Part shown: piece by piece, positions 23,235 to 36,165 of the stretch
Numbering within the stretch: the stretch's first letter is position 1
Layout of the letters: the number at the start of each line of letters is the position of its first letter
Assembly: GCA_051294905.1 (NCBI GenBank)
Contig: CM119371.1
Location: 14,820,001 to 14,884,000, forward strand
Source: Botryllus schlosseri
Lineage: Eukaryota
DNA length: 64,000 nucleotides
Direction: 5' to 3'
Program-made: the position numbers and the translations under genes
Notes under the pieces: generated by a model
Told to the model about the DNA's origin: nothing
What the model saw: the letters and a program-made list of their open reading frames with translations, nothing else
Databases searched by the model: none

Positions 23235-26070
23235 AGTTCAAGGTCGACGTGTGTGTAAAGTCAGGGAAAGAGCGTCATCAAATTCGATATGAAGCTGCGG
23301 TCCGAAATCAAAACTCAGAAGTATAAAGGCCTTAGCTCGGTAGTGATCGAATCTCGAATCAGCCATCTACGTTCAGCACCACGTTACTTGCGCGCTAATA
23401 TTAATATTCGCGTTTTACTCTGTCCAAAGCGAGAAAATCAGAATTCTAAGACAACGGGGATGCTAAAGTATAATGTAGATTCGATACACCGAGAATAAAA
23501 GAGAGATGCAATCATGCATGACTATGTAAAACCCGTTGCGCGAAGTTCCTACGCTCATTTGGTATGTATCTCTTGCGCACTGCGCAGTAAAGAGTGGAGG
23601 CAGAGGAATCGGGATCGTGATAATTAATTTATACCCAAGATATCGCAGGCCCCGTAAGAAACCAATAAGTTTGTAGATAAAAGAGGAAAGTCACCTACGC
23701 CGTACCTTCTGTACGGGGCGCGAAAACAAAACGAAAGAGTTTCCGATGTTTGTTTCTGTAATTCAAAAAATCGCAACCGATGCAAAACTACAAATAGATA
23801 CTGTGTATTTATTAATACCTATTTGTATTTGTGTATCCGCATGTTTGTTGGCGAGAAGAAATAGCGGGTAACATTTCGTGTGACATCAGAGCTCACTTTG
23901 AGATTGTGAATGAGTGCGATATACAGTAATCCTAATCTATTGAATATGGCATTACAGAACGTCAATCTTACGGAGATATTATTAACCAAGTCGTTGAAAC
24001 TCTTCATCCTACGATCATCAACCGCTGCATTCACTTTAAAATCGAGCCCCGAGCGACATCGACATTTTCCGGTTTAATAGCTACAACAGCTGTTATGATA
24101 TTATACGCAGTCATACTCATACATCACAATATATAAAAACCCGTTACGCGAAGTTTTGATTGTAATTGGTACACATCCCCTTGCTGAGAAAGGGCGGGAA
24201 CAGAGTACCAGATAAAACGTGAAAAGTGTCCTACGTATGTAGAATTACATCTACATGCTCTGATATGTCCCAATCGGATCTATAATATGTGTATGTGGCG
24301 CCGGCTTTCCCGTGTTAATATCCCCTTACTGGTACACTCACTACTATATCACTGAAACATTAGGGGTGGTGACTTTTATTCTCAAATTGTAGGCCTACTG
24401 GCTATTTGATAAAATTGTTATGTGACCTGATTGAAGGCTGTACAGCAAATTTGGTTCAATTCCAACCAGTAGCCGCATTGCTACACGAGAAGAATTTTTT
24501 TTATTATATGGAAATAAATATAAAAATAAATAACTGAAGAATTTCCGCTCCGTAAATACTTGTTCCGACGCGTCACTGAAGTGAATGCGTGGCGCTTTGT
24601 CAGGTGTCGGATCCTGTCTGCTGCACACTAAATCTGGCTCGGACTAGTCAAACTGTTGCGTATCAACTCTCTTCGGTTGTCGAATACAAGCAGTCCAAAT
24701 GAATATACGGAACAGCTTGTTCAAAATATGAAGATACGTAAATGGTGAGATTCGCAAGATTGCTTGCTCGTCCGATAACAGTTGAAAAAGAGAATGAAAC
24801 AACAGCAACAGTGAAATATAAAGGTAAACGAGAACGGACGGCGCAACAATTAAATTAACCAATCATCAAATCAAACAAGAGCAATTAAGAGTTGTCGTGG
24901 AGAATAACGGAATGCAAATAAAGGACAGGAACTAAAACATGACTCGTCAAAACAATACTATTTATTCCAATCCAAAATTTTTCGACGGCAATAACTCCGC
25001 TTCCACCGGTTGGAATTGAGCCGAATATTTTAAGCATCGTTTCTCTAGAGAACTTAACAAGTTCATTGGGTGAATAGAAAATCTTCAAATTTTTATCTTC
25101 ATTTGGATATAATAAATAAAAAACTTTCTTCTCCTGTAGCAATGCGGCTACGGATTGGAATTGAACCAAATTTGGTGTGCAGCGTTTAATTAGGTAACCT
25201 AACAATTATATCAAGTAGCCAGTACAATTTGAGAATAAAAGTCATTTTTGAACAATCCTACAGAAACATACTACGGGTTTCAAGAAAACAGTCTCACATA
25301 TCTTCTTGTTGTTGGCAGAGAAGCATAATAATGCTCGTCGATGGCATTTCTCAATCCAAGGTTGACACGTGTGTAAAGTCAGATAAATGGCGTCATCAAA
25401 TGGGATATGAAGCTGTAGTCATAAGCTATTTCCTGAGCTCGGTATTGATCGAATCTAGAATCAGTGGTATCGCAATCTTATGGTGTATTGATTTGATAAA
25501 AATTTCGATAAAATGAGGATGGTGATGATGAATCACGTGATATATTAAGCGCCAAGTCACCCGCGCCTAGAAAATGTATGCATTGGTTTTGTGGAGAGCG
25601 CCAAAATCCGATAACTAAGGAAACTTTGATGTTAAAGCATTATGCAGAGTCGATATAATCTGTTATGAAATGAGAGACGCGCTCATGCATAACTATGTAA
25701 AACCCGTGGCGCAAAGATTTTACGTCAATTTGGTATACATCTCCTGCGTAGTAAGAGTGGAAATGTAAGCACGAGAACCGAGGCTTACGACACCTTACGT
25801 TATACCTAAGTTATCGTAGGCCCCAAGAGAAACAAGTAATTTTATGAATGAAAGTGGAAAGGTCTGCTACACGATATAACTTCAGCGCACGTGATATGAA
25901 CCCCATGCGAAACAGTTTCCAATGTTTTTTTATTTATTTTTAATTAAAATACCATCGTAACCAATTAAAACCAACAACTGGATGCTGTATTATCTATTTG
26001 ATTGTGAGAATAAATAGCGAGGAGCAATTCGCGTGACACTAGAGCCCATCCTTGATTGTGATTTCAAGAC
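23235..26070. repeat. Diverged direct duplication (~700 bp): ~23235-23930 and ~25355-26070
   Basis: Colinear shared blocks CAAGGT.GAC..GTGTGTAAAGTCAG, ACTATGTAAAACCCGT.GCGC.AAG, GTTTCC.ATGTTT and AAATAGCG....CA.TTCG.GTGACA. Confidence 0.75.
24363..25243. mobile_element. Degenerate MITE/foldback element between the duplicated blocks
   Basis: TGACTTTTATTCTCAAATTGTA...CAAATTTGGTTCAATTCCAA (24370-24466) is inverted at ~25155-25243 (TTGGAATTGAACCAAATTTG...TACAATTTGAGAATAAAAGTCA). Confidence 0.65.
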
Positions 26071-26576
26071 ACAACGTATTATATTGGGTCAAAACTATAG
26101 TAACATATTTTGCTAGATAGGCTTTATATACCTACAGTGTTGCGGCTTATAGGTTATGGAAATGGATAAATAGCTTTTGGAAATCAGCATAAAATGATGG
26201 ACAGATGTAAAGCACACATAATGCTTCGCGATAGCGCGATTCAAATTAATAGATCGATTTGAGTTTAGACGAGGTAATGTTTGATAATGCTCTCTCCCCA
26301 CGACGAAGCCTTGTGTCGCCTACTGCAGATATGTGGAACTTGCGTAGCAGTATATGCCGACTTAACATTCCGTGGTTAAAGAACTCATACAACGGTTCAA
26401 CCGCTTGCGGAGCAGTTGTAAATTTGGGTCACACCTTATCCAAGACTATCATCGTTTAATACTATACTATGGTATCGCCGAAGTTAAAATAATATAGTAT
26501 AACATATGTTTCCGGTTGATCTCATATTATAATATATATATTTCAGTCTTCCGGTATTCTTATAGCAGAATAGATT

Positions 26577-27778
26577 ATGGAGTCTGAGATGACGATTGTT
26601 TACAAAAAATCCGAACCGCACCAGAGCAATCTGTTGTCACAATTAAAAGCAAATGGGGAGTTTTGCGACGTCACAATTATATGTGGACACGTTGAAGTTA
26701 TGGCGCATAAATGCGTGTTGGCCGCATCCACAGAATATTCTAGGGCAATGTTCTCGAACGACACGTACGAAGCCAACACGGGATCTATTGACTTCTCCTC
26801 GGCAATGACTCCCGAGGTTTTGAGTCAATGCGTCGACTTCATTTATTTGGGGTCTGTGGGGATCTCCAAGCTATTAGCGACAGGCCTGATTGATGCTGCG
26901 GAAATGCTGCAGATGCTGAAACTGTCTGAACTATGCGTCGAATTCCTGGCCGAGAACATTGATCTGACAACGTTCGCTGAAGTGATCAACTTGTCTCGTC
27001 TCTATAACAAGGATGCTTTAAATTGGCCGATATAGACATTTGTTGATGCTAATCTATATGCGCTCATAAAGTCTGCCCGTATCAACTTGCTGGATTCCGA
27101 AATGATGGATTATTGTTTTGATTTGATCGATTTGATGCGGGGTTCGATTCGATCGTCCGAGCTCATAAAATGGGCCGGGCTAGTGGTGTGGACGAACGCA
27201 AATTTCGAAGAAAGAAAAACCCAGTTTCACGATCTATTTCTAAAGATCGCTTTACAACGCATTCCGCGAGAAATCGTTAAAAAGCGAATTTGTACAGTGA
27301 ATCTGATTGATGGCTCGCTGAAATGCCTGCACCATATCCGCAATTACTTCGCAGGCAAGCTACCTCCCGCTGAGAATAGGATCCCACCGATGAGCCACAT
27401 CACGTCGATTAATAAAGCTACGAAAGTGGTTTACCAATACGATTTGTGCAATGAGACGTTGGAAAAAGCCGGTGAACTGCCATCAACTGTTGGCCGGCAT
27501 TGCCAGGCTGTGGAATATCACGGGATACTTTACGTTGGCGACAGTGTTTCTTTGCACGACTTCAACGGGACAGAATGGAGATGTGTAAAGTAATGACAAT
27601 GGGGGAAGACAACGGTAACGACGACGAAGACGAAAGCGACGAAGCGACTGATGTTAAAACTGTTGAACTACGCGTGCTTGAAATCCCCGCGAATGAGGCG
27701 CAACCTACCAAACGCAGTGCTGACGACATGGAGGCGTGCTGCGCGTCGTATGCCAAGTATGTCAAGCTTTCAAATTGA
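26577..27778 (+). pseudogene. Kelch-like (BTB-BACK) pseudogene of the same subfamily as 11910-13490
   Basis: BTB GEFCDVTIICGHVEVMAHKCVLAASTEYSRAMFSNDTYEA. In-frame TAG at 27033-27035; the same frame resumes (27087-27593) with BACK and AVEYHGILYVG...FNGTEW, matching VVEYRGLIYVT...FSGLAW of the intact gene. Truncated where a LINE fragment begins. Confidence 0.88.
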
Positions 27779-27779
27779 C

Positions 27780-28616
27780 CATTATTGTCCATTGCTTGGT
27801 ATATGAGATTTTGTCCTCTATCGACCAACTCAGACAACGTGAAGTCAGCGTGTCATTCCTCTGGATCCCTGGTCACGTAGGCATTCACGGCAATGAAAAA
27901 GCGGACGGACTGGCCAAAACCGTTTCCGACTCCCCGCCGAATTACCGGGATTTGCCGATGCTCTCGGAACAAGAAGCTCGTCGTGTCGTACGTCGTCACT
28001 GCATGACGTTGTGGGATCAGCAATACCGTATATCCGAAAAAGGATGTCAATATAAATCCTTCAAATCCTCGGTTTGTGATTCTCCCCCTACTTGTGGAAA
28101 CCGCCTTATAGATGGCATCATGTCTCGTTTGAAATCTGGACATTGCCAATTGAACGCTCATTTGTTTAAAATTGGAATAGTTGAATCTCCATATTGTAGC
28201 TACTGCCGATACCCCGAAACCGTCGAACACTTTTTAATATGTTGTCCAAAATATGCTTTTCACCGTGAATTTCTTATAGATAAATGTGCGCAATTAAAAG
28301 TGAATTTTTGTAATACCGATTTACTCCTGAATCCTCGAATAACGCCTTATGTTGTTGAATTTGTGTTATCGTGCAACCGCAATTTGTAACTTGAGTTTAT
28401 CATGCTATTCCGATAATTGATTTGTTTTCTTGTGCAACCGCCTTACCCTCGTGTTTTTGGTCTACCCTCGTGTCCTTGTGATACCGCCTGTTATGATCCG
28501 AGTGCATCCAATTCATTCCGTATCCGCCATTATTCATGTACAATGTTATTGGCCGTGGCGCAAAAGGCCGTCAGGCGATAAGCGCCATTATTTATGTTTA
28601 ATAAACAACAACAACA
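27780..28616 (+). mobile_element. 5'-truncated I-group (Nimb/I-like) non-LTR retrotransposon: RNase H C-terminus, CCHC knuckle and 3' UTR
   Basis: VSFLWIPGHVGIHGNEKADGLAK (RNase H), SRLKSGHCQLNAHL, CSYCRYPETVEHFLICCPKY; stop at 28389; ends AATAAACAACAACAAC. 5' boundary approximate. Confidence 0.88.
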
Positions 28617-30884
28617 TTTGACAATAGCGACGAGTCATCATTCTAGTTTCATTATAGTATCAAAAATGCAATCAGTTGTGAATCAGCATTTTTCCAAATT
28701 TGATTTCGGCATGTACGGCATGTAAATAAAGGCATGCACACTGGATTTAAGAAAAGAAAACATGAAAGCAAGCGACAAAAATGAATGGAGCATGGGCCGT
28801 TATAAGCGAGGTCGATATGTCAGATTGCGGTCAGGTGATCTTGAGGGCGGACTAGTATTGATTCAGTGGAAATTGCATGTATATCGATTTGATGCATGTC
28901 GGATAGCCGACGAGATGCTGTTCCGCTCTGCAAGTCCGGCATACTTAATAGAGCGATGCGCTTCCTCGCATTCATCCTGATCATATGATAGTTGTCCTTC
29001 GAGGACGCACGTGTGTAGTAGCTATGCGCATTTGATGTCGAGGTGAAGTCGTGAAGTAGTAGTTAAAATTGGCGGGACTTTGACCACAATGGAACTGATA
29101 CAAACTTGGCAATTTCGAGCTTCCTCATATCGTCCATGTCTAGAACACCAAATCTTTTGGGTAGCGAATCGGCGTCTCAACAAACAATCATTTCTAGCTT
29201 CTATCACATGTTTTACTGTTCAATTATATGCAGAATTAATGTTTGCTTCATATTGCACTCTTTAATCATCACTTGATTATTTTTTAATATTCGAGCAAAC
29301 GGATATTTGAATTCAATCCGTTTGGCCGATGGCGAGCGTATTCTGCAGTAGGCGTTCCCATGATAACTATAACTAGTATTTATATATTGGCCCGGTTCAA
29401 TTTCTGAATAGATATAATAGAGGTTTAATATAGCCGCCTTTATGGTAGTTAAGAATCGTAAGTACGGTATTGGAAACTTCAAAATAATAAAAAATAGGAT
29501 AGGCCTACCAATATTCCGTAAACGAATAAGGCGTTGCTATACTTGAGCTCTTATGATCAGTAATATATTCATAAGATTTGTTTGACAAACTATGCACACT
29601 TCCGCATTGTCGATGTAACTAACCTTGGATCCAAAACGCATTTCCACGCAGATCGTGTATCACGCTCGAGGATTTAGCCAGACCTCGAAAATTCTACTGG
29701 CAGCCACCCGCAGTTCAATCATAGTTCCAAGCTTCCAACACACCGATTTATAACCTTTGCAGCCGGAAATTTGTTAACTGATATAATTTGATCAACTTTA
29801 CTCATTAATTGTCAAATTCGTCGTGTCTAACATAACGTTGCGCTACAAGCCTATTTTGTAACGGCAGTGCCAGCACGCTGCCTCACAATCGCATTGTGGA
29901 TGGCTATGTCTGTAATTCGAATTTGTCAACGTGGACATTACTACCAAACTAGTTCATTTCTCGCTTGCGATTAGGAAGACATTCAGGATTTGAAGATTTG
30001 ATTGCCACACAGGCACCGTCAAGTCTGTATTCTTCTCTGCGATTAATCAACGTATTGTGAAAAACTTGAATCGCGTGCCACTGTGAAGAAACCGTGCTAG
30101 CAATTCGTAGCAACGACGAGCAACCGCGACACCATAGAAATTTATTTATGCAGCTTGCGTGCAAACAGGGATAGTTAGAATTATATTTTAGCTGCAGTTT
30201 ACTATTACGTCGTCTCTCTGAACAAAATGGCTGCAGACTTATTTTATTCCGATTTTATCTCTAATTTGAGGCCACATCTCAATTATTTAGAGCGCAGTGC
30301 ACATTTAATATGTACATTGTACAAGTTATCAACATCCCACTTAGTAATGCTAACCGCTCTGATCTCTTGAAAGTTTATGTCAGGTAGTTCTATAGAACTG
30401 ACGGAATCCAACCTCTGGATAGTGGAAATAGCATACGGACGAACGCAGTGTAAATACTGGCATATCGACAATGATTCTAACCTATCAGTATATTGTATGT
30501 TCCAGTTAACCCCATTGATAAATTTACCAGAAAAGTTTCAGTTCGTGCGAATTCGCATCTGAAACAGACACGATCGGTCCTTCGCTCGCCTATGGTTACA
30601 TTCTGAGAAAATAATTTTAACGACAAGGCTTCCCGAATTCCATTCTCGATATTTTCAATTACACGCCACGTAATCATGTGAGGTATATGACAAAACAACT
30701 GCTTAGATTCTTCTTGTAGCTCTCAATAAGGAGATCCACGCATAAGCTGCTGGAAATAATCATTTCTAATGGCAAGAGCTCGTGCCACCAAGATCGTGAT
30801 TCATTCTTCTGTCTTGAAAAGGTAATGGTTACCGAATGTATTTTCATGTTATGAGTGCTCATGCCTTGTGTAGGAAGCAATACA

Positions 30885-30960
30885 ATGTTACTGAAGTCAC
30901 ATTTCAATCTCAAGATTTTGTTTTGCGAAGTTTTGGTCGTACTTATTACGGCATCTACAG
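30885..30960 (+). CDS. Receptor-like gene exon 1: signal peptide MLLKSHFNLKILFCEVLVVLITAST(G)
   Basis: ATG at 30885, hydrophobic core, phase-1 donor CAG|GTATGT. Splicing to 35777 gives ...TASTGEA-VSCYVC, the classic signal-exon/LU-exon layout of three-finger genes. Confidence 0.7.
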
Positions 30961-31854
30961 GTATGTAGTTCGAAGTCAAGTTAGGTGGTCGTAAAGCATG
31001 CAGTCCGAGTAGGCCTTAAACCAATGTCTATGTCTATTTCTATGTTTATATGGCCTACAGAGATATATGCTCCATAAATAGATAGGATATTTAGATATAT
31101 CCACACCAAAAATATGTTTATGATCTGGTGCTTTATTGGTGTGCAAATTCTATCCGCGAATTAATTAAATACTTAATGAAGATTGATTCAAATTGTTTTA
31201 ACCGTAAACGAAGTGCCAAGCGATATATAGTAATCTATGCCTACTGGTACCGATATAGACCAGAAAAGCTAGACGATGAGACCTAGCTACGGCCAGAGTT
31301 GGTTAGTTACCAAACGCTTGATTATCGTATTGGATTACTCAAGTGTGCAAGTTGCGACGATTCGAATTTAAAAGTATTCAACGTAGATAAACATATCTTC
31401 AAAATTTCGTCGAGCGTCACGTGAAATCGACGTATCAAGATGAAGGGTATCCCCTGTATAGCACAATTAGGGTTGCATTTAAAACAAACCTGTTTAAATC
31501 AAGGCCCTTGTTTGAAACATGGCTTTTGTTTTTTGTTTTTTTAAGCCATGATTTCACGAATATTCAACTGTGCCGTCATAATGGATTGACAGTGACAATT
31601 GAAAATATAGGGTAAATATCACTCCTTTGACGAAATATCTGTACTATTATGCTGTTGAACCGACTATTTTGAGCGTTCCGACCAGGGCTTTGGAGCAGCC
31701 GTAAATTTGCATTGCTCCAGCTCCGGCTCCCGCTCCGGAGCTTTCCTCCATCATACATTAGCTCCGTCTCCAGCTCCGGGGCCGCATTATTATCACTGCT
31801 CCGGCTCCAGCTCCGGTTCCGGCTCTGAAAACTATCGAAGGTGTCTGTCTATAT

Positions 31855-32556
31855 CAGGGATGGGCAACCCGCGGCCTGCAGGCCATATGTGGCCCGCGAG
31901 AAGGTTTAAGTAGCCCGCGAGCTAATTTCCCATTATATTATCGAAATTCTGTTATATTATCGAAATTGAATTGCTGAGATTGAGAACTTGCAAGGCCAAC
32001 CAAAATATAATTAGTATGGCCGCGACACTTGGGATGTTGATGACTAAAACATCAATTCTGACGCATTGGCAGATCCAGGGTCCAGCAGTCACATTTTTAG
32101 TAAATCGTCGTACATTAGCCTACAATAAACTAAAAAAGTTGTAAAATTTTTCTTTATGCTTCGCGTGTTTAATTGTCACACGATTTCTTTTTCTGTAGCC
32201 TACCCCCACCTGAAAATGAAAAAACGCCTGATTTTGCCGATTGAGTTTAACTATAATCGCAATTACGAGAGAAAGTATTTTCGCGTTTGCAGTCGCAGGA
32301 AGATCGTCGAAGATGAAATGTAGGGACAAAATGATTTTCGTATATTAGCGGAAATCTTCGATATCGATATGTCCAGATGCCGAATAGTCCTGTCCTTGCA
32401 AACTGAGCCCAGCGGGCGGTCACAGTCCATCCGCAATATACCCAAATAATATTATTATTAACTTTGAAAATGTTACGCGCCTGGCGCGGCTAGTGGGCAA
32501 CGCACTCGTTCGTCAATTTCATGTGGCCCTTTAGCCGAAAAGGTTGGCCACCTCTG
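31855..32556. mobile_element. hAT MITE family A (inverted relative to 2439-3144)
   Basis: CAGGGATGGGCAACC ... GGTTGGCCACCTCTG; perfect TSD GTCTATAT. Confidence 0.9.
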
Positions 32557-33616
32557 GTCTATATAGATTACTAATTTACCCTTAGGTTAGTTATCTATGG
32601 TAAATCTAGAGTCTGTCAGCCGTCAGTAACATCGGATGCAGCAATGAAGACATAGGTGCCGCCGTGCCTGATTGTGACGACATAATGAATACTTGTCAAT
32701 TGTCGATAACATCATGGATGCACTAGAACGCACTTTACTCCGTGCCATTGCTGTGTACAGCATTATAATTATGATGCGGCGTTTTAACACTGGCACTGTA
32801 CTCGTTAACATTAAGCCATACAGCTCAATTCAATCTTTAAATGTGCGAGTATTATTCAACTGTAATTGCAGTAATGGCAATATGGGCAGATATACCGACG
32901 TGATCAATAGAAATTCGTTTTGTACCAAATTGCCAATGGTTTGACGTTCGATATTGGTGCACTCGTTACCAGTCCATCCGGTGTCGATCAAATTTATCGG
33001 AATATAATATTTTCCCGTTGAAACGAATCGAATAATCGAATTAAACACAGTACCATGCACATTGCGCCATGCCCATAACGAATTAAACTATGCAGTATGG
33101 ACATTGCACATTTACAAGTTTACGAAACAGATGATTACAAATTGGAAATCGCGTATCAAATCAGTAATTTGTCTCCAACATAAAATACCATGGGGTTTTG
33201 GGCTACTCTTCTGCCATCCCCTATTTACGATCGAAAATCCTTACTGGAGTGAATGACGATGATGCCCAGTAATGAATTGATAAGAGCATGCATAATTGCA
33301 TACTTAATAACACTGTCCAATTTCGCAGCTCGATCACGAAAGAACGAGCATTTGCTCATCCAATTCATAGCAACGATGCGATTGAATTTCTCGACTCGTA
33401 TACTCGCTATATCGACATGTGCAACGAAATCACGTTTTTATCCTTTCTCCCATTTCGTGTAATACATAGTGATGATTATTTTCGAACCGTATACAATTGG
33501 CGAACAAGGTTGTGCTGATGATGAAATTGCGGGTATACCGAATACCCACAATGATCGCAGGCATATTTCGCACACATTTTTTTTAAGAAGGCTTTTGTTT
33601 AAAACACTGTTTAAAA

Positions 33617-35443
33617 CAGTGGTTCTCAACCTTTTCCCCCTCGCGGACCGGTAAAAATCCGCAAAATATTTGGCGGACCGGTGGACCATTAAAAATCATC
33701 CCAAAATGTGCAGTCATGAAACCGTTTTTTGGACTATGGTACCATAGAGAGTGACGTTTTGAGAGTTTTGTTCGTAATTAATATGTTCAGAGTGGTAGGC
33801 TATTCATGTGATTTTACGGTAATTAGTCTGCTGAGTCGAAGAATCATTCTTTTTCCCAGATAAACGTGCTAGCGCCGAAAGTTGATTACTGTCTTTCGCG
33901 CCGAAGGCCGTGAACTAATCGACTACGGCACTACGCCAACTCGAATAATATTCTTCTATTCGCCAAGAAGCGTTTCTGAGTCGGACCAAGCCCAATCTCG
34001 TGCTACCTTGCCTATTTCCCACTACCGCCAGAATGAATGCAATACGCTGCAGAAAAACACCTGGTAACAGCGACATGGGGTCATCCACAAAATGAATGAA
34101 TCGAAAAAATGATCGTGCAAACTGCGCGGTTTAGCGACTCAGTTCGTCCTTATCGGTCGCATGTCGTCACCGGAGACGGCTTAAACTTGCAGTTAAATCA
34201 GGGGTAGGCAATTGGTTTTTAGGCGTGCTAAATAAGAAGCAAAAAATAGGTTTGCGGGCCGGGCCAAAAGTTTAAACTATATTTCGTGGCGTATTTTATT
34301 TCTAAAATGCAAACAGTGAATTACATTGTCGACACAAGCTGTTAGCTAAGTGGATGTGTTAAATTTAGGCTATAAGAGAGTGCGGGTTAATTTACCAAAA
34401 AATATTTCGATTCTTTCAGTGACAATATGCAAAACCATGTAAAGCACGAATCACTCTTAACTAAGTTAAATCACATTTCTCCATACTCTTTTATCTATAG
34501 AGACGTCAAAATGTATTTGGGATGTTACAAGCTGGTCTTGGTCCTGGGCTGTGAGTAGCGTGAAATCCAGCCTCGCTGTTTTGATAGTTTCGCTGGCAAG
34601 TGCTTTGGAATCCGCGCTCTCTCGACCTCAGCCAGTAACGAGTGTTAGTATTTCAGTGCGTTTTTCTCATAACGCCGATTCAGAATATATCTCCACAAAC
34701 TGCTACCTGCTCACCACAAAGAAAATGACTCGTCTCCCACTCATTCGAGTAAACAAATATTTAGTGTTTCAAGACTTTTTAAATGTCAGCCTCCAGCCTC
34801 CACCTCTATTTTTAGCATATGCCTGTTCATCGTTTTGGGTGACCTCTGCTCAGTGCTCACGTGCACTGATTGACTTGTTTTACGGTCTATGGATTGAAAA
34901 CGCACGTCATAACAATATAAATCACAGACCGGGTAATTCGTGATGTAACAATGGCAACACAAGGTTTTGAACTATCTCAAACCGTCACTTTTGACTATAA
35001 TTGTTACGATATACTTTGCTATACAAGCAGTATTTTGAATCCAAATTGTACGACCTATACGTAGGCTGCATAATCACTAATGTACAACACAGATGAAAAA
35101 GCAGGATTTAAAGTAAATGCATTTCCGATTCAGTTTATGTAGCCTTAGGTTTTAGTTCACACATTAGTATTCAAAAGTAGGTTTTATGTTCTAAATTCCA
35201 GGCTACTTTTCTCGGGCCAGTTAGAATCGCGTCACGAGCCGCATTTGGCCCGAGTGCCGTATGCTTTGCCCAGGTCCAAGTTAAATCGAACATGCCAGTG
35301 CTAATCTTACCTCACGAAGTTCTAAATATGTTTAAATTCGTTGTGTTCTTCATTTAATAAATTGAATAAATCAACATTTTGCATCTTGAAATTAAAGTAT
35401 AAAATTTTAAAATACCTCGCGGACCGGCGGTTGAGAACCACTG
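33617..35443. mobile_element. hAT MITE inserted near the right end of 31468-35503
   Basis: CAGTGGTTCTCAACC ... GGTTGAGAACCACTG; perfect TSD GTTTAAAA. Confidence 0.92.
34199..35278. mobile_element. hAT MITE nested in 33617-35443
   Basis: CAGGGGTAGGCAA ... TTTGCCCAGGTCCA imperfect ends; perfect TSD AGTTAAAT (34191-34198, 35279-35286). Confidence 0.8.
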
Positions 35444-35776
35444 GTTTAAAACATGTTTTAAACAAAGTGATTTAAAATACCGTTTGTTTTAAATGCAACC
35501 CTAAACACAATCAAGCAAAGTCATTTTGAAATCGCATCGTATAGCAATTCATAGATTCATTATCAACGAGGGAGCATTTCGACTGGTTGGAGTTTGTGCG
35601 TTGGTATTAGAGCTAGAAGTTCTCGCCAAAACGTACTATTTTACCTGTCCTTTACTTCCACTTGAGTGCTAACGATAACTACTTTCACCACCTCTGTATT
35701 CGCATTATAATTGTATACAACTATAACTATGATCATGTGCGCGCCTTTATATTTAACGTGATAATGTATATTTCAG

Positions 35777-35899
35777 GTGAAGCTGTAAGTTGCTATGTTT
35801 GTACGGCGACGACATTACCCTATTTGTGTTTCCCGATGGAATGCTCGTCTGGCGCTTCTTGTTTCACCCAAGCATGGATTGAAAACGGACAGAGATACT
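35777..35899 (+). CDS. Receptor-like gene exon: N-terminal half of a Ly6/uPAR (LU) domain
   Basis: TTTCAG| acceptor, |GTATGT donor, phase 1-1; (G)EAVSCYVCTATTLPYLCFPMECSSGASCFTQAWIENGQRY has the CxxC...C...C...C pattern. Confidence 0.85.
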
Positions 35900-36165
35900 G
35901 TATGTTCCCTTCTTAATATACCGTTATTTGTAAATCTCAATCAAATCATAGGGATTAACCTATCATATGCAGAATAAGCTAACGATAGAAACTTACATGA
36001 AAACTGCGCAAATATCATTATACTTGGAATATTACCGAATCAGTGCCAACAACATCAAAGGCGAAATTTGTGGGTGAAATTGAAATTATCATCTTTTGCG
36101 ATGCATTTGGTGGATCATCGAAAATTGTTGATGGAATTCTCCTGTTATCGACTAGTACAGTGTAC

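Larger units (their letters stand above)
31468..35503. mobile_element. hAT-type element (TAGGGTTGC termini) in intron 1; outer layer of the second nest
   Basis: TAGGGTTGCATTTAAAACAAAC ... GTTTGTTTTAAATGCAACCCTA perfect 22-bp TIR; TSD AGCACAAT/AACACAAT (7/8). Confidence 0.85.

Noticed and set aside
27736..28389. Host RNase H gene
   Set aside because: It lacks the N-terminal catalytic residues and is followed by a CCHC knuckle and simple-repeat tail, so it is a truncated LINE.
27594..28625. TGACAAT at 27594 and 28619 as the LINE's TSD
   Set aside because: LINE homology only starts near 27780, and a 7-bp AT-rich match can be chance.
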